IMG/VR virus record: IMGVR_UViG_3300021085_001452
Coordinates: 1 to 54,642 of that record
Reading direction: 5' to 3' (one strand)
Source: a virus
Taxonomy: Duplodnaviria > Caudoviricetes
Length of the DNA stretch: 54,642 nt
Each line of letters opens with the position of its first letter. Position 1 is the first letter of the stretch. Positions 46,541-54,642 of the stretch are shown here, one piece after another. The position numbers and the translations under genes were made by a program. Below the pieces are notes generated by a model. That model was given only the letters and a program-made list of their open reading frames with translations, searched no databases and was not told the DNA's origin.

Positions 46541-46804
46541 ATGGCTGAAACAGTTAAAGTAAAAGCAGCAGAAGTAGCATTAAGTAATACTGCTTCTAAT
46601 GTATCACGTGCTTCACTTGTTAGAGTCCTAAACACTAATGCCGCTGCACAGTTAGTAACTATTAAAGATGGTTCAAGTACAGTAGGCACTGTAACAGTTA
46701 ATACTGGAGAAGTTTTAAATATCCGTAAAGGTATAAATGAAACTCTTGAAGTAGGTAACTCAGTTACTGGTGTTAAGGCAGTTAAACTAGCACAAACACA
46801 CTAA
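46541..46804 (+). CDS. Small beta-rich hypothetical protein
   Basis: GGAG RBS, 87 aa. Confidence 0.65.
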   Translation: MAETVKVKAAEVALSNTASNVSRASLVRVLNTNAAAQLVTIKDGSSTVGTVTVNTGEVLNIRKGINETLEVGNSVTGVKAVKLAQTH

Positions 46805-46809
46805 GCATT

Positions 46810-46832
46810 ATCCCTCCAAAAAATGGAGGGAT
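46810..46832. terminator. Stem-loop (possible terminator)
   Basis: ATCCCTCCA-AAAAA-TGGAGGGAT; weak U-tract. Confidence 0.5.
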
Positions 46833-46856
46833 TATAGCATCTGAGCGCCTTAGCCT

Positions 46857-46864
46857 TATAAATA
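46857..46864 (+). promoter_or_regulatory. T4-type late promoter heading the csg-like block
   Basis: TATAAATA 5 nt before ATG 46870. Confidence 0.65.
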
Positions 46865-46869
46865 GATAT

Positions 46870-47166
46870 ATGGAAGATGTGTTCAAACTAATTGCAGACG
46901 TTGGAGCGCCAATAGCAGGATCACTTGTTATGGGCCTATTTATTTTTATTGTCATAAAACAAATATTGCAAGGTATAGTAGAAAAGATTAATACTCTTAC
47001 TATATTTGCAAAGAGTTTAGAGAATAGAGCACGAACAATGAGCAATGAAATGATAAAGATTGACTTACTTGTAAGTACTGCATTAGATTTACGACCAGAT
47101 ACAGAGAGAATAGCTAGGGCTGAAAACTTTATAGAAGATGGTAAATTAGATACTAGGAGAGACTAA
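46870..47166 (+). CDS. Small membrane protein (N-terminal TM plus coiled coil)
   Basis: LIADVGAPIAGSLVMGLFIFIVI. Confidence 0.75.
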   Translation: MEDVFKLIADVGAPIAGSLVMGLFIFIVIKQILQGIVEKINTLTIFAKSLENRARTMSNEMIKIDLLVSTALDLRPDTERIARAENFIEDGKLDTRRD

Positions 47167-47438
47167 TGGATGTAGCTCAATTAGTTTCAGACTATGGGTT
47201 TCCTGCCGTGATGGCTGTAGGAATGGGGTATTTTATATACTATGTCTATAGGTTTATTAATGAACATATTGAGCCCAAATTAGATGAAATGCACATGGCA
47301 TTGATAAGGGTAATTGATCAGACTAGAATGTTAGATCAGGATTTAATAAGACTACAACAAAAAGTAAATGTAATCTTAGAAATGCGTGAAAATGAAAAGA
47401 AGAGAAAGGCTAGAGGAAAAGATGATAAAGGGAAATGA
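47166..47438 (+). CDS. Small membrane protein, paralogous to the preceding gene
   Basis: LVSDYGFPAVMAVGMGYFIYYV; AGGAG RBS. Confidence 0.75.
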   Translation: MDVAQLVSDYGFPAVMAVGMGYFIYYVYRFINEHIEPKLDEMHMALIRVIDQTRMLDQDLIRLQQKVNVILEMRENEKKRKARGKDDKGK

Positions 47439-47925
47439 ACCAATTTTAATATTAGTAACAGCATGTATAATGTTCGTATTAGCACAATCTGCAATGGCAG
47501 ATGAAATAAAGTTCGGGTTTAAAAATCCTTCTTTTAGTGGAGTTGGAACAGGTAATCATTATCTTACTATTGATAATATAGAACACACTAGAAAGAAAGC
47601 TATAGAGGATGCACTTGAAGCGGCAAGAAGAGCTGCACAAAGAGAAGAAGATAATAGTGTTTTGGCAAAGTTTATAAGAAACTTAGAGAGCAGAATATAT
47701 GCTCAAATGGCAAAACAATTAGTGGAATCAATGTTTTCAAATGATGATTCGGTTAGATTCGGGTCATTTGTTTTAGAAGGTAATACTATTACTTATGAAG
47801 TAATTACTAATGCAGATGGATCAGAAGTTATTAGAATGACAATTATATCTGAGGACGGCAGTGAAACTGTTATAGAAATTCCAGTAGGTGCAGGTAATTT
47901 CGGGCAGGATCCAGACAATGGTTAG
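47422..47925 (+). CDS. csgF: Curli assembly protein CsgF-like
   Basis: Signal peptide ending AMA, mature start DEIKFGFKNPSFSG (matches CsgF F.F.NP.F.G), directly before csgG. Confidence 0.8.
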   Translation: MIKGNEPILILVTACIMFVLAQSAMADEIKFGFKNPSFSGVGTGNHYLTIDNIEHTRKKAIEDALEAARRAAQREEDNSVLAKFIRNLESRIYAQMAKQLVESMFSNDDSVRFGSFVLEGNTITYEVITNADGSEVIRMTIISEDGSETVIEIPVGAGNFGQDPDNG

Positions 47926-48889
47926 AGCTCTTATATTATCATCAATGTTAATTATTACTGGATGTGCTTCTATACCTCAATGGAGCCCTAACCCACAAGA
48001 TTGCAATGATCTTGAAGGTAAGTATGAACAAGGATTTGATAGACATCTAGTTATGGGTATACAGAAAACCATGGCTAGAAAATATATATGTGTAGATGAA
48101 CCAACAGCTGTTAGATTACCTGCATATGTAGACTTACTAAACTTACCACCAGCAAAAGATAAACCTGTTGTTGCGGTTTATTCATTTAAAGATTTAACAG
48201 GCCAGAGAAAGTCAGTAGATAATATTGCATCTTTCTCTACAGCAGTCACCCAAGGTGGCACAGAATTACTAATAGATGCTCTTAAAACTGCCGGAGGCGG
48301 TACATGGTTTAGAGTAGTAGAAAGACAAGGTATTGATAATCTAGTTAGAGAAAGACAGATTATCAGAAGTGGTAGACAAGATGTTGCAAGACATCAAGGT
48401 AATACTGCAAAAGAATTGAGTCCACTCTTATTCGCCGGAATAATTATAGAGGGTGGTATTATTGGTTATGATACTAATACTGAAACAGGTGGCCGTGGCG
48501 CACGTACACTTGGTATAGGTTTTAGTAAGATGTATAGAAAAGATGTAGTTACTGTTTCAGTAAGAGCAGTTTCAGTCTTAACAGGTGAAGTTTTATTAAA
48601 CGTCCAATCTAAGAAATCGGTACTTTCTTATGGTGGTGGCGGCGATGTATTCAGGTTCATTGAACAAGGTACACAGCTGATTGAATATGAGGACGGAGTG
48701 GGAAATAATGAGAGTGTGACATACGCAGTACGAGCAGCAGTCGAGGCAGCAGTACTAGAACTAATATACCAGGGGCATGACCGTAACTTCTGGAACATAA
48801 CTGAGGGTCATCGCCATCCCCATCAACACGATGGAAATAACGATAGACACTCTATAATAGAGGATAACGAAAATGAAGAAATTAATTAG
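47918..48889 (+). CDS. csgG: Curli secretion channel CsgG-like lipoprotein
   Basis: Lipobox ITGC; VAVYSFKDLTGQRK, FSTAVTQG, WFRVVER, LVRERQIIR, EGGIIGYD, TGEVL. Confidence 0.9.
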   Translation: MVRALILSSMLIITGCASIPQWSPNPQDCNDLEGKYEQGFDRHLVMGIQKTMARKYICVDEPTAVRLPAYVDLLNLPPAKDKPVVAVYSFKDLTGQRKSVDNIASFSTAVTQGGTELLIDALKTAGGGTWFRVVERQGIDNLVRERQIIRSGRQDVARHQGNTAKELSPLLFAGIIIEGGIIGYDTNTETGGRGARTLGIGFSKMYRKDVVTVSVRAVSVLTGEVLLNVQSKKSVLSYGGGGDVFRFIEQGTQLIEYEDGVGNNESVTYAVRAAVEAAVLELIYQGHDRNFWNITEGHRHPHQHDGNNDRHSIIEDNENEEIN

Positions 48890-49613
48890 CTTTAGTTTAG
48901 TAACTAGCTTATTATTTGCAAATTTTTCTGTGCAAGCTGATGATGATAACGAAATTATGATCGAGCAAAGTGGTGATACTTTAACCATTTATATTGATCA
49001 AATTGGCTATGGTAATAAAATCGGCCTAGATGATTTTTCATCATCAGGTTCAAATATGACCATTGTAGGTTCTTCGTTAACATTTGATATTGATATGCTA
49101 GGTAACCAGAATTTAATTTATGGCCCTATTGAAATGGACTCTTCTGACTTAACATTTTCTTTAACTGGTGATTCCAACGAAGTAGATTGGAATATTGGTT
49201 ATACTGCAAGTTCAGATGATTCAGATTATAACTTTGATATAACAGGTGATAGTAATACCTTTAATATTGATCAAGGTTTTGTTACAAGTGCAGAAAGATT
49301 AGATGCTGACTTAGTTCTTATTGGTGATTCCAATGTCTTTGATTTAGATTTCGAAGCAGACGATTCAACTTGGGACTTTGATATTACTGGTTCAAGTAAT
49401 AATATTAATACACTACAGAATGATGGTTCACAAGAATTAACTGTTGAACTTAATGGTGATTCTGCAGACATTGATATTAATCAGATTTCTGGTACTTGTG
49501 CTAGTGGAGCAGGAGTTGGTTGTGCAACACCAAATGCAATTATAAACTTAGATATTACGTCTGATAATGCTACTATACAGATTAATCAGCAAGATACTTC
49601 AAACGACTCTTAG
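48873..49613 (+). CDS. Secreted curlin-like beta-repeat protein
   Basis: Signal peptide (VQA); IEQSGD..IDQIGYGN and repeated GDSN/GSSN turns with alternating hydrophobics. Confidence 0.65.
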   Translation: MKKLISFSLVTSLLFANFSVQADDDNEIMIEQSGDTLTIYIDQIGYGNKIGLDDFSSSGSNMTIVGSSLTFDIDMLGNQNLIYGPIEMDSSDLTFSLTGDSNEVDWNIGYTASSDDSDYNFDITGDSNTFNIDQGFVTSAERLDADLVLIGDSNVFDLDFEADDSTWDFDITGSSNNINTLQNDGSQELTVELNGDSADIDINQISGTCASGAGVGCATPNAIINLDITSDNATIQINQQDTSNDS

Positions 49614-50685
49614 TATAATACTTCTGTTACCTAGTTTTGCAATTGCAGATGAAGGTATCGGAAGTATTGTTGAGTCTACTGGTATTGGGCAGATATTAAG
49701 AAATCAAGAAAGTGTATCAATGAATGTTGATACCGAAATAGTATTAAATGATGTAGCAGAAACAGGTAAGGGAAGAATGTTAATAGAGTTTTTAGATAAG
49801 GCTCAATTGGCATTAAAAGAACACAGTGAAGTATTAATAGATGAAGTATATTATGATGCTGACCCATCCCTTTCCAAAATGACAATGAAGTTCACGATGG
49901 GTACGGCAAGGTTTGCTTCGGGTAGATTAGGTTTAGTAAATAAAGCCAATATAGATATATCTACCCCTACGGCAAGTATAGCAATAAGAGGCACAGACTT
50001 TACCACAACTGTTGATGAATTGGGTAGGTCTTTAGTGATTTTATTACCAGATGAATATGGAAATCCATCTGGAGAAATAGAAATAGAAAATTTAGGTGGA
50101 ACAGTAACTCTTACTGAAGCATATCAAGCCACAATGGTAAGTAGTTTAGATACGCCACCAACAAGAGCAGTAAAATTAACTGGAATTACTCCAGCAGTAA
50201 TAGACAATATGTTTATTGTTGCACCACCTCCAGAAGTATCTGATAGAATACAAGAAGAACTAGCTGACGATCAGAATGATGACCAAGGTTTATTAGATAT
50301 AGATTTTTTGGAGTTTAATGAATTAGAAAAAGATGCACTGGAAGAATCAGAGGCTGAATTAGATTTTAGTGAATTAGATATTGATGAATTAGATGTTGAA
50401 TATTTAGTTGATGTGTTAGATATTATAGACTCGTCGGATTTATTTGATACACTAGGTGAGTTTGATATTAAAGGTGCAGCAAGAGGATTCAATGAAGAAT
50501 CTCAATATAATGTATATTTGGAAGATGGCAGTTTAGTACTATATAGAAAAGTAAACGGAACTATAAAGGTTAAAATAGGAACCGGAAATAACTTTACACT
50601 AGAAACTAATACTCCAACATGGGAAGGAAATATAACTGGAAACGACGGCGAAGATGTTTTCATTTATATCAATCAGGTAAATTAA
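49567..50685 (+). CDS. Secreted FecR-domain protein with acidic C-terminal region
   Basis: Signal (AIA); D..ETG.GR..IEF.D, ISTPTASIAIRGTDF. Confidence 0.8.
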   Translation: MLLYRLISKILQTTLSIILLLPSFAIADEGIGSIVESTGIGQILRNQESVSMNVDTEIVLNDVAETGKGRMLIEFLDKAQLALKEHSEVLIDEVYYDADPSLSKMTMKFTMGTARFASGRLGLVNKANIDISTPTASIAIRGTDFTTTVDELGRSLVILLPDEYGNPSGEIEIENLGGTVTLTEAYQATMVSSLDTPPTRAVKLTGITPAVIDNMFIVAPPPEVSDRIQEELADDQNDDQGLLDIDFLEFNELEKDALEESEAELDFSELDIDELDVEYLVDVLDIIDSSDLFDTLGEFDIKGAARGFNEESQYNVYLEDGSLVLYRKVNGTIKVKIGTGNNFTLETNTPTWEGNITGNDGEDVFIYINQVN

Positions 50686-51393
50686 ATGAAAGAATTAATA
50701 TTTGTTTTAAGTATGTTAGTATTACCACTAATGTGTTTTGCTGATGATAATATTATCAGTATAGAACAGTCAGGTGATAATTTACAATTAGGCATTGATC
50801 AGGTAGGTTATAATAATAGAGTTGAAATGAAAGATGGCAATTCATATATTAACTCATCAAGTCTATCAATGTATTTAGTACAAGTCAATGATAGTGATGG
50901 TGTTAATAAAATAATCTTTGATGAAGTAAGTGGTACCGATAATAAAATAAAATTAGCACAAGGAGTTGCATGGAATACTCTTGATTCTGATACGGACTTA
51001 ACTTGGTGGGCAGACGGATATGAAGGTGGCGGCCATGAAATAGATATTACACTCTATGGTGATAATAATGAGATGGCAGTTCAACAAACAAACCAAGGGT
51101 CTACTACAGGCCATAGCTTTGATCTACACTTAGCAGGTGATGATAATAAAGTTCAAGTTAAACAACAAAGCGATGGTGATAAGAATCTAAACTTAACAAT
51201 CTATAATGATTATAATGATGTATTTGTTCGCCAAAAAGGTAATAATACAAGTCATAATGCAAACATAACGCTTGACGGATTATACGGAACAGATTTAATC
51301 TTAAAACAAATGAGTACTACAAGTCAAGCATATACTATATCAGTAGATTGTATAACAGTAGGCGGTTGTGCAGTTAATGTATTACAAGAATAA
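50686..51393 (+). CDS. Second secreted curlin-like beta-repeat protein
   Basis: Signal (CFA); IEQSGDN..IDQVGYNN, GTDN, GDNN..VQQ, GDDN..VKQ, RQKGNN. Confidence 0.65.
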   Translation: MKELIFVLSMLVLPLMCFADDNIISIEQSGDNLQLGIDQVGYNNRVEMKDGNSYINSSSLSMYLVQVNDSDGVNKIIFDEVSGTDNKIKLAQGVAWNTLDSDTDLTWWADGYEGGGHEIDITLYGDNNEMAVQQTNQGSTTGHSFDLHLAGDDNKVQVKQQSDGDKNLNLTIYNDYNDVFVRQKGNNTSHNANITLDGLYGTDLILKQMSTTSQAYTISVDCITVGGCAVNVLQE

Positions 51394-51465
51394 TTACCAC
51401 AGATTTATTTGGTATAAGTATGGATCACCCAATCTAGGTAAAGGAATTTATATGGATATATGCAT

Positions 51466-53295
51466 ATGAAATATCTAACTTCTATATGGGCTACTCTAGC
51501 ACTTACATTCGTTTTAGTTTTAGTTAGACTATCTGATCCTTCTTGGTTACAAGAATTTAGACTTACTGTATTCGATCAATATACAACATCAATTAAAGAA
51601 ACCACATCTGATAATATAATACTTTTAAATATATCAGAAGAAACATTAGGCGTTCACGGCCAATATCCATTTCCTAGACAAACTTATGCACAGATGATCT
51701 CAGACTTGCGTAATGCAAATGCAGGTATGATTGTGTTTACAATTATGTTTCCAGAAGCAGATAGATTCGGTGGCGATGAAGTATTCGCCTCTTGGATAAA
51801 AGATAATGGTATTATATTATCACAAGATGCTGACCCTAGTGGAAGAAGTAAACAGGCTCCTTATGTTGGCTCTGCAGTATTTGGAACTGGAGACCCTTTA
51901 GATTGGTTAATAAAATATGATGGTTTAGTTACTAACATACCACAGCTAGAGTCAGGAGCGTGGGGTCACGGACTTGTAAACGCAATGCCAGAAGTAGATG
52001 GAGTAGTAAGAAGAATGCCACTCCTATCACAAATCAATGAACAAGTATACCCATCACTTGCACTAGAAACTATTAGAATATTACAAGAGAGACCATCTTA
52101 CACTATAAAGGTAAATGATGTAGGTATTGAAGAAATTATTTTAAGACCGTTTAGAATTACAACTGATGTAAATGGTTCTATATGGCTAAATCCTAATATT
52201 AACTTTACTCAAATAAACTACGGGTCCAATGAGTTACCGAACTTGAAAGGGAAGACTGTTGTGGTTGGTCTAACTGCTTCTGGTTTGGCGTCTCAGATTC
52301 CAACTCCATCTGGTATGAAACCTGCGCATTTAATTCACGCAGCTGCCATTGAGACCATCGTTTCTGGTACTCAGATATCCAGGCCTCTGTGGGCTGATAT
52401 GTTGGAACTTCTAATAGTAATTCTTGGTTCTGGCCTTCTTGTATTTGCTGTGTATAGATTACCGATTTGGATTTCTGGTCTGACATTTATATTACTCTCT
52501 TCTAGTGTTATAGGTGGATTTATTTATATTTGGCAAACTTATAATATATTATTATCACCTTTAAGTGTCTTACTCATTTATATAGTATCTTTCACATCAT
52601 CAAGTTTTAATAATTTCTATAAACAGTTTGTACTCCGACAGCAAATTAAGAAACAGTTTGAAACTTACTTAGACCCAAGACAAGTTATGTTGTTACAAAA
52701 AGATCCTTCTCTATTAAAACTTGGAGGAGAGCGAAAAGAAATGTCCTTCTTATTCATGGATATAGTAGGGTTTACTCCTATATCAGAACACTATAAGAAC
52801 AATGATGATCCAGAAGGGTTAGTAAAGATTATAAATAGTTATTTAGATACAATGACAAAAATCATTCTAAAAAATGGCGGCACAATTGATAAGTATATGG
52901 GAGATTGTATTATGGCGTTTTGGAACGCTCCTTTATCTTGTGAAGATCATGCCGATATGGCAATAAAAACTGGATTAGAAATATTAAAGGCGGCAGATGA
53001 ACTTATTAAAGAGTTGGAAGAACAAGGTTTACCTAGGATTGATGTGGGGATTGGTATTAATACCGGCGACTGCATCGTCGGAAACATGGGATCGGAATCC
53101 CGATTTGACTATTCCGTCATTGGAGATGCCGTCAACCTTGCCGCTAGACTTGAAGGACAGACACGCAATTATGATGGGGTACGAATGTTGTTGGGCCCAA
53201 TCAGTGCGGGACAGAGTAAAAATGGATTACTCAAACACGTTGATACAATCAAGGTTAAAGGAAAAGAAGAGCGCGTACGAATCTATACAGTTTGA
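51466..53295 (+). CDS. CHASE2-domain membrane adenylyl cyclase (class III)
   Basis: N-terminal TM, G.YPFPR, DGVVRR.PL (CHASE2), three TMs, FMDIVGFT, DKYMGD, DYSVIGDAVNLAARLE, VKGK; start 51460 or 51466. Confidence 0.92.
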   Translation: MKYLTSIWATLALTFVLVLVRLSDPSWLQEFRLTVFDQYTTSIKETTSDNIILLNISEETLGVHGQYPFPRQTYAQMISDLRNANAGMIVFTIMFPEADRFGGDEVFASWIKDNGIILSQDADPSGRSKQAPYVGSAVFGTGDPLDWLIKYDGLVTNIPQLESGAWGHGLVNAMPEVDGVVRRMPLLSQINEQVYPSLALETIRILQERPSYTIKVNDVGIEEIILRPFRITTDVNGSIWLNPNINFTQINYGSNELPNLKGKTVVVGLTASGLASQIPTPSGMKPAHLIHAAAIETIVSGTQISRPLWADMLELLIVILGSGLLVFAVYRLPIWISGLTFILLSSSVIGGFIYIWQTYNILLSPLSVLLIYIVSFTSSSFNNFYKQFVLRQQIKKQFETYLDPRQVMLLQKDPSLLKLGGERKEMSFLFMDIVGFTPISEHYKNNDDPEGLVKIINSYLDTMTKIILKNGGTIDKYMGDCIMAFWNAPLSCEDHADMAIKTGLEILKAADELIKELEEQGLPRIDVGIGINTGDCIVGNMGSESRFDYSVIGDAVNLAARLEGQTRNYDGVRMLLGPISAGQSKNGLLKHVDTIKVKGKEERVRIYTV

Positions 53296-53626
53296 ATATG
53301 CACCATCAGCTGATTGGGAATACTGGGCTTTATTTTTAATAGTACAATATCACGATATAAACTCCACCGCAAAAGCAATGAAGTATGAATGTGTATATGA
53401 AGTTAATCCATTTTTACCTAAAAGACCTTCCAAAGCAAGATTGTTTCAACATAAAATACTTACACTTTATCCTGTCTTACACCCTGACTTTAATAAACAT
53501 CCGATTACTAATGAAGACCTTCTTGCCGTAAGCATGATGACAGGCCTTGTAGTTAACCATAATTACAATGTATTAAATAAAATCAAAAAATACCCAGACA
53601 GGTGCCCTAGAATAGGAACACTCTAA
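52997..53626 (+). CDS. Hypothetical protein overlapping the cyclase 3' end (start uncertain: 52997 or 53222)
   Basis: Open frame with signal-peptide-like N-terminus; downstream part D..ST...YE.NPFL. Confidence 0.55.
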   Translation: MNLLKSWKNKVYLGLMWGLVLIPATASSETWDRNPDLTIPSLEMPSTLPLDLKDRHAIMMGYECCWAQSVRDRVKMDYSNTLIQSRLKEKKSAYESIQFEYAPSADWEYWALFLIVQYHDINSTAKAMKYECVYEVNPFLPKRPSKARLFQHKILTLYPVLHPDFNKHPITNEDLLAVSMMTGLVVNHNYNVLNKIKKYPDRCPRIGTL

Positions 53627-53644
53627 AAAAGTTGGTTAAACCTC

Positions 53645-53673
53645 TTTACAAGCAATCTGACTTGTAGTATAAT
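53645..53673 (+). promoter_or_regulatory. sigma70-type early promoter
   Basis: TTTACA-N17-TATAAT. Confidence 0.75.
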
Positions 53674-53719
53674 AACCTCATAATCAAAGAAAGAAGTGTT
53701 GTATTTATGTTACACATTC

Positions 53720-53778
53720 AAAAAAAATGAAAAAAAATGAAAAAAACACTTTACAAGCACATAAAAGTGTAGTATAAT
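53720..53778 (+). promoter_or_regulatory. Early promoter with phased A-tract UP element
   Basis: A-tracts then TTTACA(53750)-N17-TATAAT(53773); TGTTACA at 53708. Confidence 0.8.
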
Positions 53779-53813
53779 ATACCAGTAAATTAAAAAGAAC
53801 TCGGAGAATCATT

Positions 53814-54380
53814 ATGAAAATATTAATCAACACCCAATACAAAGAAAATTATGGAGCCCATGATTGGGACGGCAAAGGACATTGCCCTCAATACTGGAAG
53901 TTCAAGGGTGGCAGTACTTATGTCGTAGAGAACATAAGTGATAATTTTGCTGGAACTGATTTATATGGTGCCGCAGTTGAGGGGTGGGACGTGTTACACG
54001 AAAACTTCCCTAAGGTTGTAGAAGCCATTACAGTGAATGACTATTCACAACAAGAGTATATTCTTGATGTTCAATTACTTGCAGATGATACTGACCTAGA
54101 TATAGAAGCATGGGATGTGCCTTACTATCTTAATATTGATTCTAATGGCGATGTCACGTGCGAAAAAACTGTGGCCAACGGAGAGTATGGTTGGATGAGG
54201 AAAGAAATTCTTTCTAAACATGAACAGTGGGAAATGGGACCTAATCAGAAGAGGGAGAACTATAGATGTTCTTATATTATGGATGATGGTTCCCAACTTC
54301 TGGGTAACCAAGAACTACAAAAATACTTAACGAGATGCGACTTGCAAATGGAGCAAGAAGTTACAGGAGTTGCAGTATAG
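53814..54380 (+). CDS. Early hypothetical protein
   Basis: GGAG RBS; TQY.ENYGAHDWDG.G.CPQYWKFKGG. Confidence 0.75.
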   Translation: MKILINTQYKENYGAHDWDGKGHCPQYWKFKGGSTYVVENISDNFAGTDLYGAAVEGWDVLHENFPKVVEAITVNDYSQQEYILDVQLLADDTDLDIEAWDVPYYLNIDSNGDVTCEKTVANGEYGWMRKEILSKHEQWEMGPNQKRENYRCSYIMDDGSQLLGNQELQKYLTRCDLQMEQEVTGVAV

Positions 54381-54642
54381 TGGCAAGAACTAAGGGTAAA
54401 TCACTTGATTGGTATGTCAAGTGGTTGGCCTCAATAATAGTATTATGTGCAATGTCAGTTCGTGGCATTCCAGAATTTCAATTAATAGACCTTATGCTTT
54501 CTATAGTTGGTATCTCATTATGGTTATGGGTATCAATCTTATGGGAAGATAGGGCACTTATCCTACTCAACGGAGCAGGATTAATACTTCTTATTAACAA
54601 CCTAGCAAAGTATATAATAGTACAGGGCCAACTTGAACAACT
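54380..54642 (+). CDS. Multi-TM small membrane protein (partial, runs off the window)
   Basis: GTG start after AGGAG; LDWYVKWLAS...W.DRALILLN. Confidence 0.65.
   Translation, partial: MARTKGKSLDWYVKWLASIIVLCAMSVRGIPEFQLIDLMLSIVGISLWLWVSILWEDRALILLNGAGLILLINNLAKYIIVQGQLEQ

Noticed and set aside
52205-52486. Gln-rich antisense ORF inside the cyclase gene
   Set aside because: Local T-richness is explained by hydrophobic codons on the + strand; only a weak SD and no minus-strand promoter seen.
46870-53295. csg/cyclase block as host chromosomal contamination
   Set aside because: Preceded by a phage late promoter, followed by phage early promoters, same strand and similar AT-rich composition; read-level support remains unchecked.
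392-54311. Minus-strand ORFs in the track (e.g. 392..757, 4562..4927, 16330..16680, 30373..30855, 38888..39346)
   Set aside because: Antisense shadows of well-supported + strand genes with no recognisable motifs.

Overview
AT-rich, densely coding, almost entirely + strand segment of a T4-like myovirus genome, probably from a marine phage of a heterotrophic proteobacterium (no photosynthesis genes seen here; host is inference). It carries the T4-type replication core (gp44, gp62, regA, gp43, uvsX, gp41, gp30 ligase, rnh), nucleotide metabolism genes (thyX, nrdA, nrdB, glutaredoxin, two MazG-like genes), auxiliary genes (hsp20, ribosomal protein bS21, phoH, peroxiredoxin), one tRNA-Ala(TGC), dispersed lysis genes, 15 sigma70-type TTTACW-N17-TATAAT promoters and several TATAAATA late promoters. 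The strongest candidate for an undescribed system is the late-promoter-led block at 46.9-53.6 kb: two small membrane proteins, CsgF, CsgG, two secreted curlin-like repeat proteins, a secreted FecR-domain protein and a CHASE2 class III adenylyl cyclase, which together look like a phage-encoded curli-channel/trans-envelope cAMP signalling module. Other candidates: (i) two GREB1/TAGT-like glycosyltransferases beside UDP-glucose dehydrogenase and an epimerase within the replication region (possible DNA sugar modification); (ii) a 9-kb run of proteins with T4 capsid-targeting-like N-termini, including a ligase-like nucleotidyltransferase, a HIGH-family nucleotidyltransferase, a P-loop kinase and a putative nuclease; (iii) a ROSE-like RNA thermometer on hsp20; (iv) an 11-bp-period TGTWACA operator-like array at early promoters. 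All family assignments come from motif recognition by eye; no database search was run.
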